From assembly GCF_030684315.1 (NCBI RefSeq), contig NC_081368.1:43725734-43789733 (forward strand): a DNA stretch of 64,000 bases. Direction: 5' to 3'. This stretch comes from Stegostoma tigrinum (lineage: Eukaryota). Positions within the stretch are counted from its first letter, which is position 1. Each line of letters begins with the position of its first letter. The notes beneath the pieces were generated by a model that was given only the letters and a program-made list of their open reading frames with translations, was not told where the DNA came from and ran no database searches. This document shows positions 27,047 through 40,431 of this stretch, piece by piece. The position numbers and the translations under genes were made by a program.

Positions 27047-27879
27047 CCCTCCTTGACCTGGAGGTAGGGAGGGGATAGGTCAGTTCAGGGAAGACGGACA
27101 AGGACTGATTGGTATCTGCCATGAACGGTCAGGCCCAGGTCCCTGAGGGGCTGCTGGAGAAGCACTCCATTGACCCAGCCATTGGTCCACAGGAGAAAAG
27201 GAAAGCCACTTCCTCACAAGGAATCAGAGCGTATCCAGCTAGAGGAGGAACCACGTATAATCCACTAACATATCAACATTCCTTCATCTCCACCCTGCCT
27301 GCCTGGTATGCATCCCTGAGCTGAGAAGGTGGTAAACAAGCCAATCATCATCAACCCATGCAGTTTTCCAGTGACTGATGTTGGAACAGAATTTTTTAAA
27401 AATACATTGACCTTCTTATTAAATATTTCATAGTCAAAGAGAGAGTGTTGTGAATTAAATCCAAATTCAATGCAGCTGTGATACTCCCTCATGCACGTAT
27501 GGGTGACAAAAAAACTGAACTCTAGACTGAACTAAGGGGAAATTGTTGATACCCATTTAAGAATGGAACTGCCATTTCAGAAAAAGGAATTTGATTTTTA
27601 CATGTAAAAGAAAATTAAAAACCCTGGTTGTGAAACTTGTTGAATAGCACTTTTTAAAGAACCAAAACCAAAGCAAAGGGCTGGAATGTCTCTTCTGTGC
27701 TAGCTGATTCAATGAAAAATTAACGGAAATCGGATGAAAATTGCAAAGCACATTCAGAGAGAGAAACTTGCATCATTAATAAACTTAAGATTTAGGATAC
27801 TAGGTCACAAGAATGGAAAACGTTGAAATTGATTATTTCCCAGATTTCTTTAGGATTCCAAACAAGTACTGGATTAAAA

Positions 27880-28134
27880 CCACACACTAACTCCCTAACG
27901 AACGGAGGTCCAAGTCTCAAAGTCCCGCCTTTGCGTTGCAATGGTTTAGTGCGGACACTTCACGTCGAGAAATGATTCGTTCCACTTAACGTCAATCTGA
28001 GAGAGGCGGAGGGGGGCTTTTTGGGGGAAGCTGTGTGTCAATGTCATTTCCGTAATGGATGGACTGAAGTAGTTAGTGGGAGAAGAGGAAAAAAATCAAT
28101 GGGAATGTGATGGAACTCCGAGTAATCGAAGATT
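27880..28134 (+). promoter_or_regulatory. Probable SHROOM4 promoter/5' UTR
   Basis: CpG content is raised relative to the CpG-poor background, with GC-box-like CCCGCC and GAGGCGGA motifs and ACGTCA/CACGTC motifs just upstream of exon 1. Confidence 0.5.
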
Positions 28135-28260
28135 ATGGAGCGCAGCAGAGAGACAGCCAGCATCTACCAACATATTCATGTGCAGTTACAAGGAGGAGCT
28201 CCATGGGGCTTCACTCTTAAAGGGGGGCTGGAACATGGAGAGTCTCTCACCATCTCAAAG
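28135..28260 (+). CDS. shroom4: SHROOM4 coding exon 1 (PDZ N-terminal half)
   Basis: Reads [42 protein letters not shown], then a phase-0 donor AAG|GTAAAA. It matches the Shroom4 N-terminus and lies in a CpG-richer region. Confidence 0.92.
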
Positions 28261-29994
28261 GTAAAAAACTGTAAGGAACTCGCGTCTCCCACCCCCCAAC
28301 AACTGCAAACAGGAAAAAAAAGTCCATTACAGCTGCAAAAAAAAAGGCTTCTACACTGTTGATGTTTTGGCCAGCGTTATCCATTTCACAGCAGTGAGAC
28401 AAAGAAGTCCAAAAGTTAAAGTCGAAATTTAAGATGTATATTTGAATATAAAATGCCCATAAATAATTGTGGTCTTAAATGATCAGCGTGAATAGAAATT
28501 CGGTCCTCCCCAGCACTAGCTTGTTGCTGAATGAGAATATGGAGAATGGAATGCAGATTAAATCGCATTGGGTCGAAATACTTTCTGCCAATTTTTTTTT
28601 GAATGATATAGCGGGAACGATTTATTTTATAGTGTTACAACGCCACATAGCTTTTGTTTCCGAGTAACTTCTTTTCTGGAGGTACTGTGATTAATTGAAG
28701 GACATAGTTCTCTTTGGAAATTAAGGTGTAATTTTAAAATTGCGAATTTTGCTAAGTTTATTGCAAAGCGGCTATTTTCACCTTGGATTGGTACTCCGTG
28801 CCTTTAAGCTCTGGAAAAGTTTGTTTTGGAGCAGAAAGGCAGTGGCAGGAACTCTGGCTCTTGTATCATATGGGTAAATGATTAACAACCCTCAGCCAAA
28901 TCGCGAAATTCGCCCATCGCTCCTCTGCGTTCGGTTGCTTCAAAAACGTGTTTGCGCCAAATGAAGAAATACAACGATAACAGGGATTCAGAGAAAGTTG
29001 TCATGTTTGCTGCTTTTCTCTTTGCAAGATGTGACCGCGATTCACTATTTGGGATAATTTTATTGACTTCGAGGATTGTTGCTGATGTAACCTGTTAAGC
29101 CCCCCAGGTACTAACAGAAAAGCACGGCCCTCGGTCCAGTCTGTCCAGCGGTGGGCCATTGCGACTCTCTTCTTTCGTTAATTGTCGCCAGATGCCAAAA
29201 GGAGGCGGCGGGGTCGGGAGTAGGTAATGTTATCTTGAAATGCAGTAAAGTTGTACCTTGTTTTCCAAAGGGAGCCGTAGCGTTTAAATGCTCAAATACC
29301 TCAAGAAAAGTGCCACCATTGAATGTTTTGGTGAGGATGGAGTGCTTGCGATTTTATTTTGAGCAACTCAAAGGAAAGTTCTGTTACATAAGAAGTGAGT
29401 TCTGGTTATTTTCGGGGGTAGGGGAGAAAGGGTCACAGGGGTTGCTAGATATTGTTCACAGTAGAGACGCAGTGATTAAAAGATGTCATCCTGTGTCCAA
29501 TTGCCGTGCTGCAGCTATCTTCTTATGTGCCTGAAACGGAAATCTTGAATGCCCGAGAGAGAGTTAACTTGTTGCACGGACGCTGCTGACAGCCAAGTCT
29601 AACTCAGCCACCACCTCTCTGAACTCCCTCTGCTGCCTGCCTTATTTTGGCTTGGGGTAGCATCTACAAGAGGGTGACCAGAATTTTGCTCCAATTAAAT
29701 TTAGGGAAGAATTACCTTTGTTTTTGGTCACTTGCTTCATTACACTCTTGATTACTGAGAATCAATCAGTTGGACACTTCAGAGGCTAAGCATCCTATCT
29801 AAGTCTGCACTGTACTTTGAACACTTTTGTCTCATTTACAAACCTGCTTTCCAACACCTATGACTCTGCACAAATGTGGAAGAATACAAAGATATTAGAA
29901 GTTGTGTATTTGGAGGAAGTTATAGTGATGGGGAGGGCATGTTTAAGGAGAGATCTGAAAATTTTAAGATGAACATTTTAAAATTTGAAGTGTT

Positions 29995-30325
29995 ATAGAA
30001 TTTCTACAGAGTGGAAGCAGGCCATTCAGCCCTTGAAGTTCACACAACCTCTGAAGAACATCCAACCCAGAACCTGTCTCCCAGTCTATCCCTGTAACCC
30101 TGCATTTCCCATGGCTCACTCACCTAGCCTGTACATCCCTGGAGACTGGGCAATTTAGCATGCCCCATCCACCTAACCTGCACATCTTTGGGCTGTGGGA
30201 GGAAACCCATGCAAACTCTAGGAGAGTGGGCAAACTGCACATAGACAATCGCCCAAGGCTGGAATCGAACCTGGGTCCCTGGGGCAGCGAGGCAGCAGTG
30301 TTAACCACTGAGCCACTGTGCTGTC
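29995..30325 (-). mobile_element. tRNA-derived V-SINE (HE1-like)
   Basis: Minus strand has an A box GTGGCTCAGTGG, a B box GGTTCGATTCC, a V-domain-like core (GGGTTTCCTCCCACAGCCCAAAGATGTGCAGGTTAGG) and a LINE-type tail. Confidence 0.85.
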
Positions 30326-31892
30326 CAGTCGTTAAACCCAGACCAATGGGATGATTGGTGAGTGGGTGCAGGTTAGGACATGGCCAACAGAGCTTTGAAT
30401 GTACTCTCAAACTTATGGAAAAGGGGTTGCTGAAAGCCAGCCAAGAGAGCCTTGGTAGAATCAAATATTGAGTTAACAAAGGCATGGATAAGTATTTCTG
30501 TGGAAGATGGTGTGAGGTGTGGGTGGGAAATTGTTGAGATGGATTTTTATGATATAAGGATCTGTGTTTTGGAACTCAGCTTGGTGTCAAATAAGATGCA
30601 GACATTGTGATCAGACTGGTTCAGCTTCACTCAGCAGTGAGGGTGACAGGTGGAGATGGTGGCTAGGTAATTGAGTTTATACTGGTTTTTAAGGTAATGG
30701 CTTTTGGTTTCCCAATACTTATTGAAGGAAATTTGTCCTCATCCACTATTTATTGTTGGACAAGAAGTGTAACAAATTAGAAATAGAGGAGTTGTAAGAT
30801 GAGATTATAAATTGGTTTACTACCCAGGATGCTACTGAAGTCGTTGTGACTGGAATTTGATCTCTGGAGCTGGCATCTGGCTGCCTGTATCCCAGTGACT
30901 TCGACTGAAGGACAAATGACCCCTCTTGTACTATATTGTTTTGAGGACAACCAAAGAGTTACATGTTTTGTCACTAAATAAAGTTCTTTTTAAAAAAGAG
31001 AATCATCACAGCAGATTACATCAATTACACTTATTTGTGAAATCACATATTGGAAATTGGCTTCAGTTTTCATCAACCTAATGTTGAAAGTATGACTGAA
31101 AAATCCCACCATTTCCAATGGTGAAGCTCTTTTCAAATGATGTCATGATCTCTTTCGATCTGATACTGTACATTTGTGCTATTACTGAATAGTTGATACT
31201 GGGCCAATGGTATCACTGTCTGTTTAACATTCGATTTGTTGATAGCCTTGATCTGCTTGTTATCACCTTGATCTTTTGCCGGTTTTTACACTTTCTGTTG
31301 TTTTTTGCAAAAATATGCTTTGTTTCCTAGTGGAAAATCACAATGTTAAAGCACTGTGTTGGATTAATAGTCAGAAAGCAAGCAGATATGGTGTACTTGT
31401 GGATGAAATTATTGCAGTGAGACTAGCAGGTAATTTGCCAATGGCCTTTACATTTTTGACGACAAACTTGGATTAAAATATCCAAATCTTTAAATTTCGA
31501 AAGGGCTGGACTAGAAAAAAGTTTTGCAGCCCATCATTCACTCCTTCAAAAATCTGTCCACTTCTCAAGTTTTTCCAGCACAGTGTCTTTCTGGATAAGT
31601 GTCGCGAAATGTTTGTCACCCTGTAAATGAAGTTGCTAGTCTATGTTCCTTCTTGTAAGCTTAAGGCTGTGATGTATTTTTCATAGAGCTCTGGCAATCT
31701 ATTATCAGAGTTCAGTTGTTTCTTCCATGAACACCGTCACCACTGAGCCTAGCCTTGTCCAAAACTAAACAAACTAAGGCTTTCATACATGTTTGTATGC
31801 AGATTCTTCAAGCAAAATTCTAAATCATGCGGGAAGGAATAGGATAGATGGGACTAAACTGTTCCCGCTTGTAAAAGAATTAATACTGAGAA

Positions 31893-32890
31893 CTCCAGAT
31901 CCAACACATCATCTTCCGACACTTCCGCTATCTGCAATCCGACCCCACCACCAAAGACATTTTTCCATCCCCACCCTTGTCTGCTTTCCAGAGAGACCAC
32001 TCTCTCCAGGACTCCTTTGTCCGCGCCACACTCCCCTCCAACCCCACCACACCTGGCACTTTCCCCTGTAACCACAGGAAGTGCTACACTTGCCCCCACA
32101 CCACCTCCCTCGCCCCATCCCAGGCCCCAAGATGACTTTCCACATCAAGCAGATGTTCACCTGCACATCTGCCAATGTGGTATACTGCACCGACTGTACC
32201 TGCTGTGGCCTCCTCTACATCGGGGAAACCAAGCAGAGGCTACTGGACCGCTTTGCAGAACACCTCTGCTCTGTTCGCAATAAACAACTGCATTTCCCAG
32301 TTGCAAACCATTTCAACTCCCCCTCCCATTCCTTAGATGACATGTCCATTCTGGGCCTCCTGAAGTGCCAAAATGATGCCACCCAAGGATTGCAAAAACA
32401 GCAACTCATATTCCGCTTGGGAACCCTGCAGCCCAATGTGGATTTTGCAAACTTCAAACCCCCCCCCCCCCCCCGCCACGGCATCCCAAAACCAGCCCAG
32501 CTCATCCCCGCCTCCCTAATCTGTTCTCTCTCTCACCTGTCCCCTCTTCCCACCCCAAGCCACACCTTCATTTCCTACCTGCTAATCTCATTCCAACCCC
32601 TTGACCTGTCCATTCTCCCCGGACTGACCTATCCCTTCCCTCCCTTCCCTACCTCCCCACCTATACTCACCTCTACTGGCTCCATCCCTGCCTCTTTAAC
32701 TTGTCTGCCTCCTCTCCACTTATCTTCTCCTCCATCCATCTTTGATCTTCCTCCGCCCCTTCCCCCTCCCCCTTTTCTTTTGAAGGGTCTAGGCCCGAAA
32801 AATCAGCTTTTGTGCTCCTAAGATGCTGTTAATCCTGCTCCACACTTTGTTATCTTGGATTCTCCAGCATCTGCAGTTCCTACGGTCTCT
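31893..32890 (+). mobile_element. Penelope-like element 3' fragment nested in a CR1 3' end
   Basis: GIY-YIG frame 32081->, terminal repeat plus tail, and TSD TACTGAGAA at 31884-31892 and 32893-32901. Confidence 0.9.
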
Positions 32891-34734
32891 AGTACTGAGA
32901 AGACATGGATTTAAAGTGTTGTGCAAAAGTAATGAAAGTGATGTTAGGGGGTGGAGTAGGCAAAATGCTTTCTCATAATAAGTAGTTTGGGTGGAAAAGC
33001 ATGGCCTGGAAATGTGGTGCAGGCCAATTCAATTGAGACATTCAAGAATACATTGGATGATTATTTAAATAGAAACAATATGTAAGTGTTTAGGGAAATG
33101 GAGAGGCAATGCAGACACAATGGGCCAAACAGCCCCTTTTTGCGAAGCAATACTCCTGTGATTCTGTATCTGTTTACTTTCCTTTTTCCCAGATAACCTC
33201 TGATCTGGGTATCTTGAGTTCATGTGGAGGAGACCAAGATGTGTTTTGGTGATGAGGTGCATACCAACATTTTATCCATTTGGTCAGGACAGCTAGTAAA
33301 ATATTATAATGATATTTTTACCCATGAAGTCAGTTTCAGCTTAAGTTAACATGTCAAGGTTATGGATAATGAGGATTTTGTTTGCAAGTGAATGACATTC
33401 TAGAAAGATTTCTCTTTCTTTTGACTTCTGTTGCTGTACTTTTACTGGTTCAAAATTCTAGAACTCCCTCCCCACCAGTACTGTGAATATACCTATGCCA
33501 TATAGATTGCTACAACTCAAAAAAGTGATTGAAAATTTTTATTTTCAAATTCAGAATTTATGTAAATTTTAATTAAAACTATAGAAATTAGATAAATGTA
33601 ATCATTTTAAAAATAAGGGCATTACTTAAGATTTAAAAATGCAAATGGATTTGTATGTATCTCACCTTCTAATGTATACCCTTTCAGTCTATTGATCCTT
33701 CACTTAAAAAGCTGGTCTTTGGCTACTCCCCCACTTTCTCCATATAACCAGCTTCACCCTAGGCAATATCCTGAGAGATTGACCAGTTACTTACATAATT
33801 GTAAGTAGACTGATTCTGAACTTTTATACTTTTTTTTCAAAAATGCCTTGTGTTGTATATTGACTGTACCAAATACTGAAGAAATATTAGCTGTTGAGCA
33901 CAACCACTTAGTGAAAAACATTCACAAAAGAAACATAGGAACTTGCTGTGTGAGGTGAAATAATGCAACTTCTGGCCAAAATGTGCCTTTTTTTGGAAAG
34001 CATGTGGTTAATATTACTTACAAGTATCTGCATGCTTAGTTGAGTCAAAATACCGGGGTTTTGAGACATTTGTCTGCATTTGTGGAATACCTAACTCAAA
34101 CTGCAGATCCTATTGTGTGGAATTCAATAGGCAATAATTGTTACAATTCTATTGCCTGGGATTTGTAATGTTGGTGCAATTAAAGTAGTGTTTGCTTGTT
34201 AGGTTCCCCCATTTCATACACATCTGGTTTGGCTATTTGTTCTTTCTTTTGGTGACTGGTGTTGCTGATTAGCTGGCATTTATAGCCTGTTCTTAACTGC
34301 TTTTGAGAAGGTGATAGTGTCCTACTTTTTTCAGTTGTAGCAATCTATATGGCACAAGTATATTCACAGTGCTAGAGGGGAGGGAGTTCCAGAATTTTGA
34401 ACCAGTTAAAGTACAGCAACAACAATATAGTTCCAAGCCAGAATGATGTCTCGTTGGGAGAGGAAGTTGCAGGTGTGGAGTTCAAATGGACCCACTGTGT
34501 TTGTCCTTCTAGGTAGCAGAAAATGTGAGTTGTGTTGGAATGTGTTGCTGAAGGAGGCTTGATGAGTTGCTGCAGTATATCCAATAAACATAACACATAG
34601 CTGCCACTGTCAGAGGGAGTAAATGTTTAAAGTGGTGGAAGGGTTGCAGATTAAACAGGCTACTTTGTCTAGAGTAGTATCCCTTTTACCTGCAGGACCA
34701 GTAGTCAGGATTGAGGTAGGACTGCAGCTAGGGG

Positions 34735-34756
34735 GTGTGTGTGTGTGTGTGTGTGT
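34735..34756. repeat. (GT)n microsatellite
   Basis: GTGTGT run of about 11 units. Confidence 0.85.
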
Positions 34757-35276
34757 ATCTGCAGTGATGATAATGTGTACAATTGAAGTATTGACATCGA
34801 GTAAGATGACAAAAGTTAAAGGGGTGTCTGAATGAGGTTATGGTACTTTATATAGACGGAGAGATTTAGGGAGTTTGTGAGGGCAGTGAACTCAAAGTGG
34901 ATGAAGGTTAAACCACCCAGGATGAGTTGGTGTTTATTGCTGAGTCCGAGAGAAAAACGCAGCAGAGATATGAGACAACTTATACCCATAGTATGTACTG
35001 GTTCTGTGGGTTAGCCATGGGAAATGCAGGAGTAGAGTAGGGTGGGGAGTCTAGGTGGAATACTTTTCAGAGGGTCAGTATGGATATGTTGGGCTGAATG
35101 GCCTGTTTCGACACTCTTTCAATTCTATGGATCTATTGATATGGAATTGTCATAAAGAATGAAGATTTTGAATGAATAGCAAGCGATGTGGGACGAAGTG
35201 AGAAGCCCAGAGGAGAAAGGACTTAAGTCAAGGAGCGATTTTAGTGATGAGTACAATGCCTCCTCCATGATGGTTT

Positions 35277-35611
35277 TCATAGAATCCCTAAGGTGTGGAA
35301 GCAAGCCATTTGGCCCATTGAGGCTGCATTAACTCACTGAAGAGCATCCCACCCAGACCCCCACCCGATTCTGTAACCCTACATTTCCCATTGCAAATCC
35401 ATCTAGCCTGCACATTCCTGGATATTGTGGGCAGTTTAGCATGAGCAATCGATATGCACATCTTTGGGCAATGGGAGAAAACTGGAGCACCCAAAGGAAA
35501 CCCATGGGGAGAATGTGCAAACTCCAAATAGACAGTTGCCTGAGTGTGGCATTGAACCCGGGTCCTTGGCGCTGTGAGGCAGCAGTGTTGACCACTGAGT
35601 TACCATGCCGT
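35277..35611 (-). mobile_element. tRNA-derived V-SINE (HE1-like)
   Basis: Colinear with 29995-30325, with A box GGTAACTCAGTGG and B box GGTTCAATGCC. Confidence 0.85.
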
Positions 35612-36443
35612 TCATGTCGAGAGAAGACAAGAACTTGTGAAAAGGGTGCATGAAGATCAAAAGAAAAGGGCTCCATTTGTGAATGGAATCATCTGACTAA
35701 AAAAAGGCAAGGAGATAATCGTGGCAGTAAAAGCGTTTTCAATCACATTGGGCTTACAGTTTGTTGAGGTGGGAACATGGAGCTCTTGTTGAGAACAGAT
35801 TATTCAGAATCAAAACAAAGTATTTAGATGAGATGGCTAACACCCAGCAATTTGATGTTTGGAACAGCTGGCTTAGAAGTAGAGATAGCCCTGATGCCAG
35901 GGCTATCAAGGTAAACTGGTGTGGATAGAAAAATGGCTTTAAGCAGTAATGGGATCTTTAGCTGTGAATTTGTCAAAGTAACAGGAGATGAAAGTTGATA
36001 TTAAACTGAGGATGAAGACTTTTATGTTGGTAAGGGGCAATGTGTACAAAGGTGATTGTGTAAAAGGGATTGCTTGGAGAATATGATTCAAAATGGATTT
36101 GGTATATGCAGTCACCAAAGAGAGTGAAAAGAACAGCAGTGACGGGGAACAGGCTGATTAATGCAAAGGGTAATCTTAATGAAAAAAGGAATGGATTGTT
36201 TAAGGCTAAGCTAAGTTTCTAATCATCTTGCAGCCAAAAATGTGGCTCGTGTGTAAATGGAGCAATAGAGATTAATTAAACAGTGGATGCTTTGTCTTGT
36301 CAGTGAAGAAATAAAATTGAACCGATGACTTTGCTTGTTTTTTTTGTCTAATGTTAAAAATTACTCAACCTCATTCTCTAGTGTATTTCAGTTGCTATTG
36401 TAAGTTGTAACACTCATTAGCACTTCCTAAAATATTCTTTCAG

Positions 36444-36595
36444 ATTGAGGATGGAGGGAAAGCTGCTTTGTCGAGAAAACTACAGGTTGGTGATGAAATT
36501 ATAAACATCAATGGCTCCCCACTCTATGGCTCAAGGCAAGAGGCACTCATCCTCATTAAAGGATCCTACAGAGCATTGAAGATGGTGGTGAAACG
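36444..36595 (+). CDS. shroom4: SHROOM4 coding exon 2 (PDZ C-terminal half)
   Basis: Acceptor TTCTTTCAG|ATT. The 152 nt read IEDGGKAALSRKLQVGDEIININGSPLYGSRQEALILIKGSYRALKMVVK-R, followed by a phase-2 donor CG|GTGAGC. It is too short to appear in the ORF track. I did not recognise exon 3 in the window. Confidence 0.95.
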
Positions 36596-37880
36596 GTGAG
36601 CAATTAATTCTGTAAAATTCAAAAAACCTCAATAAATTACGTTCTAGTTCAGTGAAATTGTCAAATTTGTGTTCACTAAGGAATAGTTCCCTTGAATTAA
36701 TAGAAATGTCCATGTACCTTCTGGGCTGATAACTCACTGTCTGTCATTGTGTGTCCCTAATTTCCTTTAATGAAGCTCAGGTCCTTTATCAATTTAATTT
36801 TGGGTGTCTGCTCTTCCACCAGCTCTGTGCTACATACGTGCCTATGCGCGTTACTCTTTCTCCACCACCTCAAGCACTCCCACCCACCCAACCCTCCCAC
36901 TGACCCACAAACCTGTGGTTACTCAGGGTAATTTGCTAATGCTATCGATCAGCATTTAATGTAACTTGGCAAACAAGACGGGGGTACAGGAATCAAGATG
37001 TAGCATTTCAAAGGTAAGCCAAGGTACACACAACTGGGAGAGGTGGATAATAGGAGAGAAGCAAATTGTAAAATAAAATGTCATATCAGAGTAAAAGGGA
37101 CTGTAGCTAAGGGCCAAGTTAGTTATATATGGCTGTGGACAAATGAAGTATGATAAGTAAGGGTTGGGAGCTTCAGGCACAGAGAAATGGGAGAATGTGA
37201 TGTGATATGATGGTAATTACAGAAACCTGTAATTACAAACAAAAAGGATGCTAGGTACTCCTGAGCATAAGATTTTCAACAAGATTGGAAAGAAAGCGGG
37301 GAAGTTGGCAGCATTGATTGAATTGAATATTAGGACTGAGAGGATGCCATGGAGACGTCGAGGACGCCTGTCTGATTGTAACACTCGTTTGCATTTGCAG
37401 CCTATTTGGTTAATGCAAGATAATGCATTACACTCAGTATATTCTAATGTCGCCAACAATTGGAAAAGATATAGAGTAAGAAATACGCAGTCAAAAGTGT
37501 GTAGGGATTAACTAGCAAAACGTGGCAAGTAGGGATAATTGGTGATCTAATTATCCTTTATAGAGATTGGAATTGTAGTAATGTAAAGGTGGCGGGGAAG
37601 AATTTATGACATTTGTTCAGGAGAAATTTTGTAGATCGATATGTTTCCAGCCCAGTGAGTAGGAGGCACTGCTGCATCTCATTCTTCTGAGTGGCATGGG
37701 TGAAGTGGGTATGTGTTAGTAAAGAGGTAGTAATCTTGGTACCATAAGATTTAGGTTTGCAATGGAAAAGGCGAAGATGCAAACCAATATAAAATTTTTT
37801 AAAATTGGATTGAGAACCATCTAGCTGAAGTATGTTGGAATCAAGGATTGGCAGACAAAACTGTGTAAAGGAACAATAAG

Positions 37881-40431
37881 AGATAATAGGAACTGCAGAT
37901 GCTGGAGAATCCAAGATAACAAAGTGTGGAGCTGGATGAACACAGCAGGCCAAGCAGCATCTCAGGAGCACAAAAGCTGACGTTTCGGACCTAGACCCTT
38001 CATCGGGGAGAGGGTTCTGGAATAAATAGGGAGAGAGGGGGAGGCGGACTGAAGATGGAGAGAAAAGAAGATAGGTGGAGAGGAGAGTATAGGTAGGGAG
38101 AGGATAGGTCAGTCCAGGGAAGACAGACAGGTCAAGGAGGTGGGATGAGGTTAGTAGGTAGGAAATGGAGGTGCGGCTTGAGGTGGGAGGAAGGGATGGG
38201 TGAGAGGAAGAACAGGTTAGGGAGGCAGAGACAGGCTGGGCTGGTTTTGGGATGCAGTCGGGGGAGGGGATGAGCTGGGCTGGTTGTGTGATGCAGTGGG
38301 GAGAGGGGACGAACTGGGCTGGTTTTGGGATGTGGTGGGGGAAGGGGAGATTTTGAAGCTTGTGAAGTCCATATTGATACCATTGGGCTGCAGGGTTCCC
38401 AAGCAGAATATGAGTTGCTGTTCCTGCAACCTACGGGGGGCATCCTTGTGGCACTGCAGGAGGCCCATGATGGACATATCATCTGAAGAATGGGAGGGGG
38501 AGTTAAAATGGTTCGCGACTGGGAGGGGCAGTTGTTTATTGCGAACCAAGCGGAGGTGTTCCGCAAAGCGGGCCCCAAGCCTCCGCTTGGTTTCCCCAAT
38601 GTAGAGGAATTCACACCAGGTACAATGGATGCAGTATACCACACTGGTGGATGTGCAGATGAACCTCTGCTTAATATGGAAAGTCATCTTGGGGCCAGGG
38701 ATAGGGGTGAGGGAGGAGGTGTGGGGGCAAATGTAGCACTTCCTGCGGTTGCAGGGGAGGGTGCCAGGTGTGGTGGGGTTGGAGGGCAGTATGGAGCGAA
38801 CAAGGGAGTCACGGAGAGAGTGGTCTCTCCGGAAGGCAGACAAGGGTGGGGATGGAAAAATGTCTTGGTTGGTGGGGTGGGATTGTAGATGGTGGAAGTG
38901 TCGGAGGATGATGCGTTGTATCTGGAGGTTGGTGGGGTGGTGTGAGAGAACAAGGGGGACCCTCGTTGGGCGGTTGCGGCGGTGACGGGGTGTGAGGGAT
39001 GTGTTGCGGGAGATGCGGTCAAGGGCGTTCTCGACCACTGTGGGGGGAAAGTTGCGATCCTTGAAGAGCTTGGACATCTGGGATGTGCGAGAGTGGAATG
39101 CCTCATCCTGGGAGCAGCGGAGGCGGAGGAATTGGGAATAGGGGATGGAATTTTTGCAGGAGGGTGGGTGGGAGGAGGTGTATTCTAGGTAGCTGTGGGA
39201 GTCGGTGGGCTTGAAATGGACATCAGTAACTAGCTGGTTGCCTAACATGGAGACTGAGAGGTCCAGGAAGGTGAGGGATGTGTTGGAGATGGTCCAGGTG
39301 AGCCTGAGGTTGGGGTGGAAGGTGTTGGTGAAGTGGACGAACTGCTCGAGCTCCTCTGGGGAGCAAGAGGTGGCGCCGATACAGTCATCAATGTAACGGA
39401 GGAAGAGGTGGGGTTTGGGGCCTGTGTAGGTGCGGAAGAGGGACTGTTCCACGTGACCTACAAAGAGGCAGGCATAGCTGGGGCCCATGCGGATGCCCGG
39501 GGCCACCCCCTTAGTCTGTAGGAAGTGGGAGGAATCGAAAGAGAAGTTGTTGAGGGTGAGGACGAGTTCGGCTAGGCGGATGAGAGTGTCGGTGGAGGGG
39601 GACTGGTCGGGCCTGCGGGACAGGAAGAAGCAGAGGGCCTTGAGGCCATTTGCATGCAGAATGCAGGTGTATAGGGACTGGACGTCCATGGTGAAAATGA
39701 GGTATTGGGGGCCAGGGAATTGGAAGTTCTGGAGGAAGTGGAGGGCATGGGTGGTGTCACGGACGTAGGTAGGGAGATCCTGGACCAAAGGGGAGTAAAT
39801 GGAGTCCAGATAGGTGGAGATGAGTTCGGTGGGGCAGAAACAGGCTGAGACAATTGGTCGACTAGGGCAGACAGGTTTGTGGATTTTGGGAAGGAGATAG
39901 AAACAGGCCGTGCGGGGTTGGGGAATAATAAGGTTGGAGGCTGTGAGTGGGAGGTTCCCTGAGGTGATGAGGTCATGAATGGTGTTGGAGATGATGGTTT
40001 GGTGCTCGGGGGTGGGGGCATGAACAAGGGGGCGGTAGGAGGAGGTGTCGGAGAGTTGGCGTTTGGCCTCGGCGATGTAGAGGTCAGTGCGCCATACTAC
40101 CACTGCACCACCCTTGTCTGCGCGTTTGGTGAGGTTGGGGTTGGAGCAGAGGGAGTGGAGGGCTGCCTGTTCTGCGGGGGAGAGGTTGGAGTGGGTGAGA
40201 GGGGTGGAGAAGTTGAGGCGGTTACTGTCTCGATGGCAGTTGGAAATGAAGAGGTCGAGGGAGGGTAGGAGGCCTGGGGGTGGTGTCCAGGAGGAGGACT
40301 TGTGTTGGAGGCGGGTGAAGGGGTCAGTGGAGGGAGGGTGAGGCTCCTGGTTGAAGAAGTAAGCGTGGAGGCGAAGGCGGCAGAAAAGCTGCTCTATGTC
40401 CAAACGTGGGTGGCGGAAAAACTGCTCTATG
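37881..40431 (-). mobile_element. Penelope-like retroelement (Neptune-like), 5'-truncated
   Basis: The 728-aa open frame 40403-38217 has RT motifs (ADKGG, FTMDVQSLYT, RYIDD), a Cys-rich linker CNRRKCYIC and a GIY-YIG domain (VVYCIHC..C..LYIGETKRRL..RF.EH). A 3' terminal repeat with tail follows. A perfect 14-bp TSD AAAGGAACAATAAG lies at 37867-37880 and 40432-40445. Confidence 0.95.

Noticed and set aside
28261-28362. Tail of the 75-aa ORF
   Set aside because: It is intron read-through after the SHROOM4 exon 1 donor.
30262-30325. tRNA gene
   Set aside because: The A/B boxes belong to a SINE head that continues into the SINE core, and no full cloverleaf is present.
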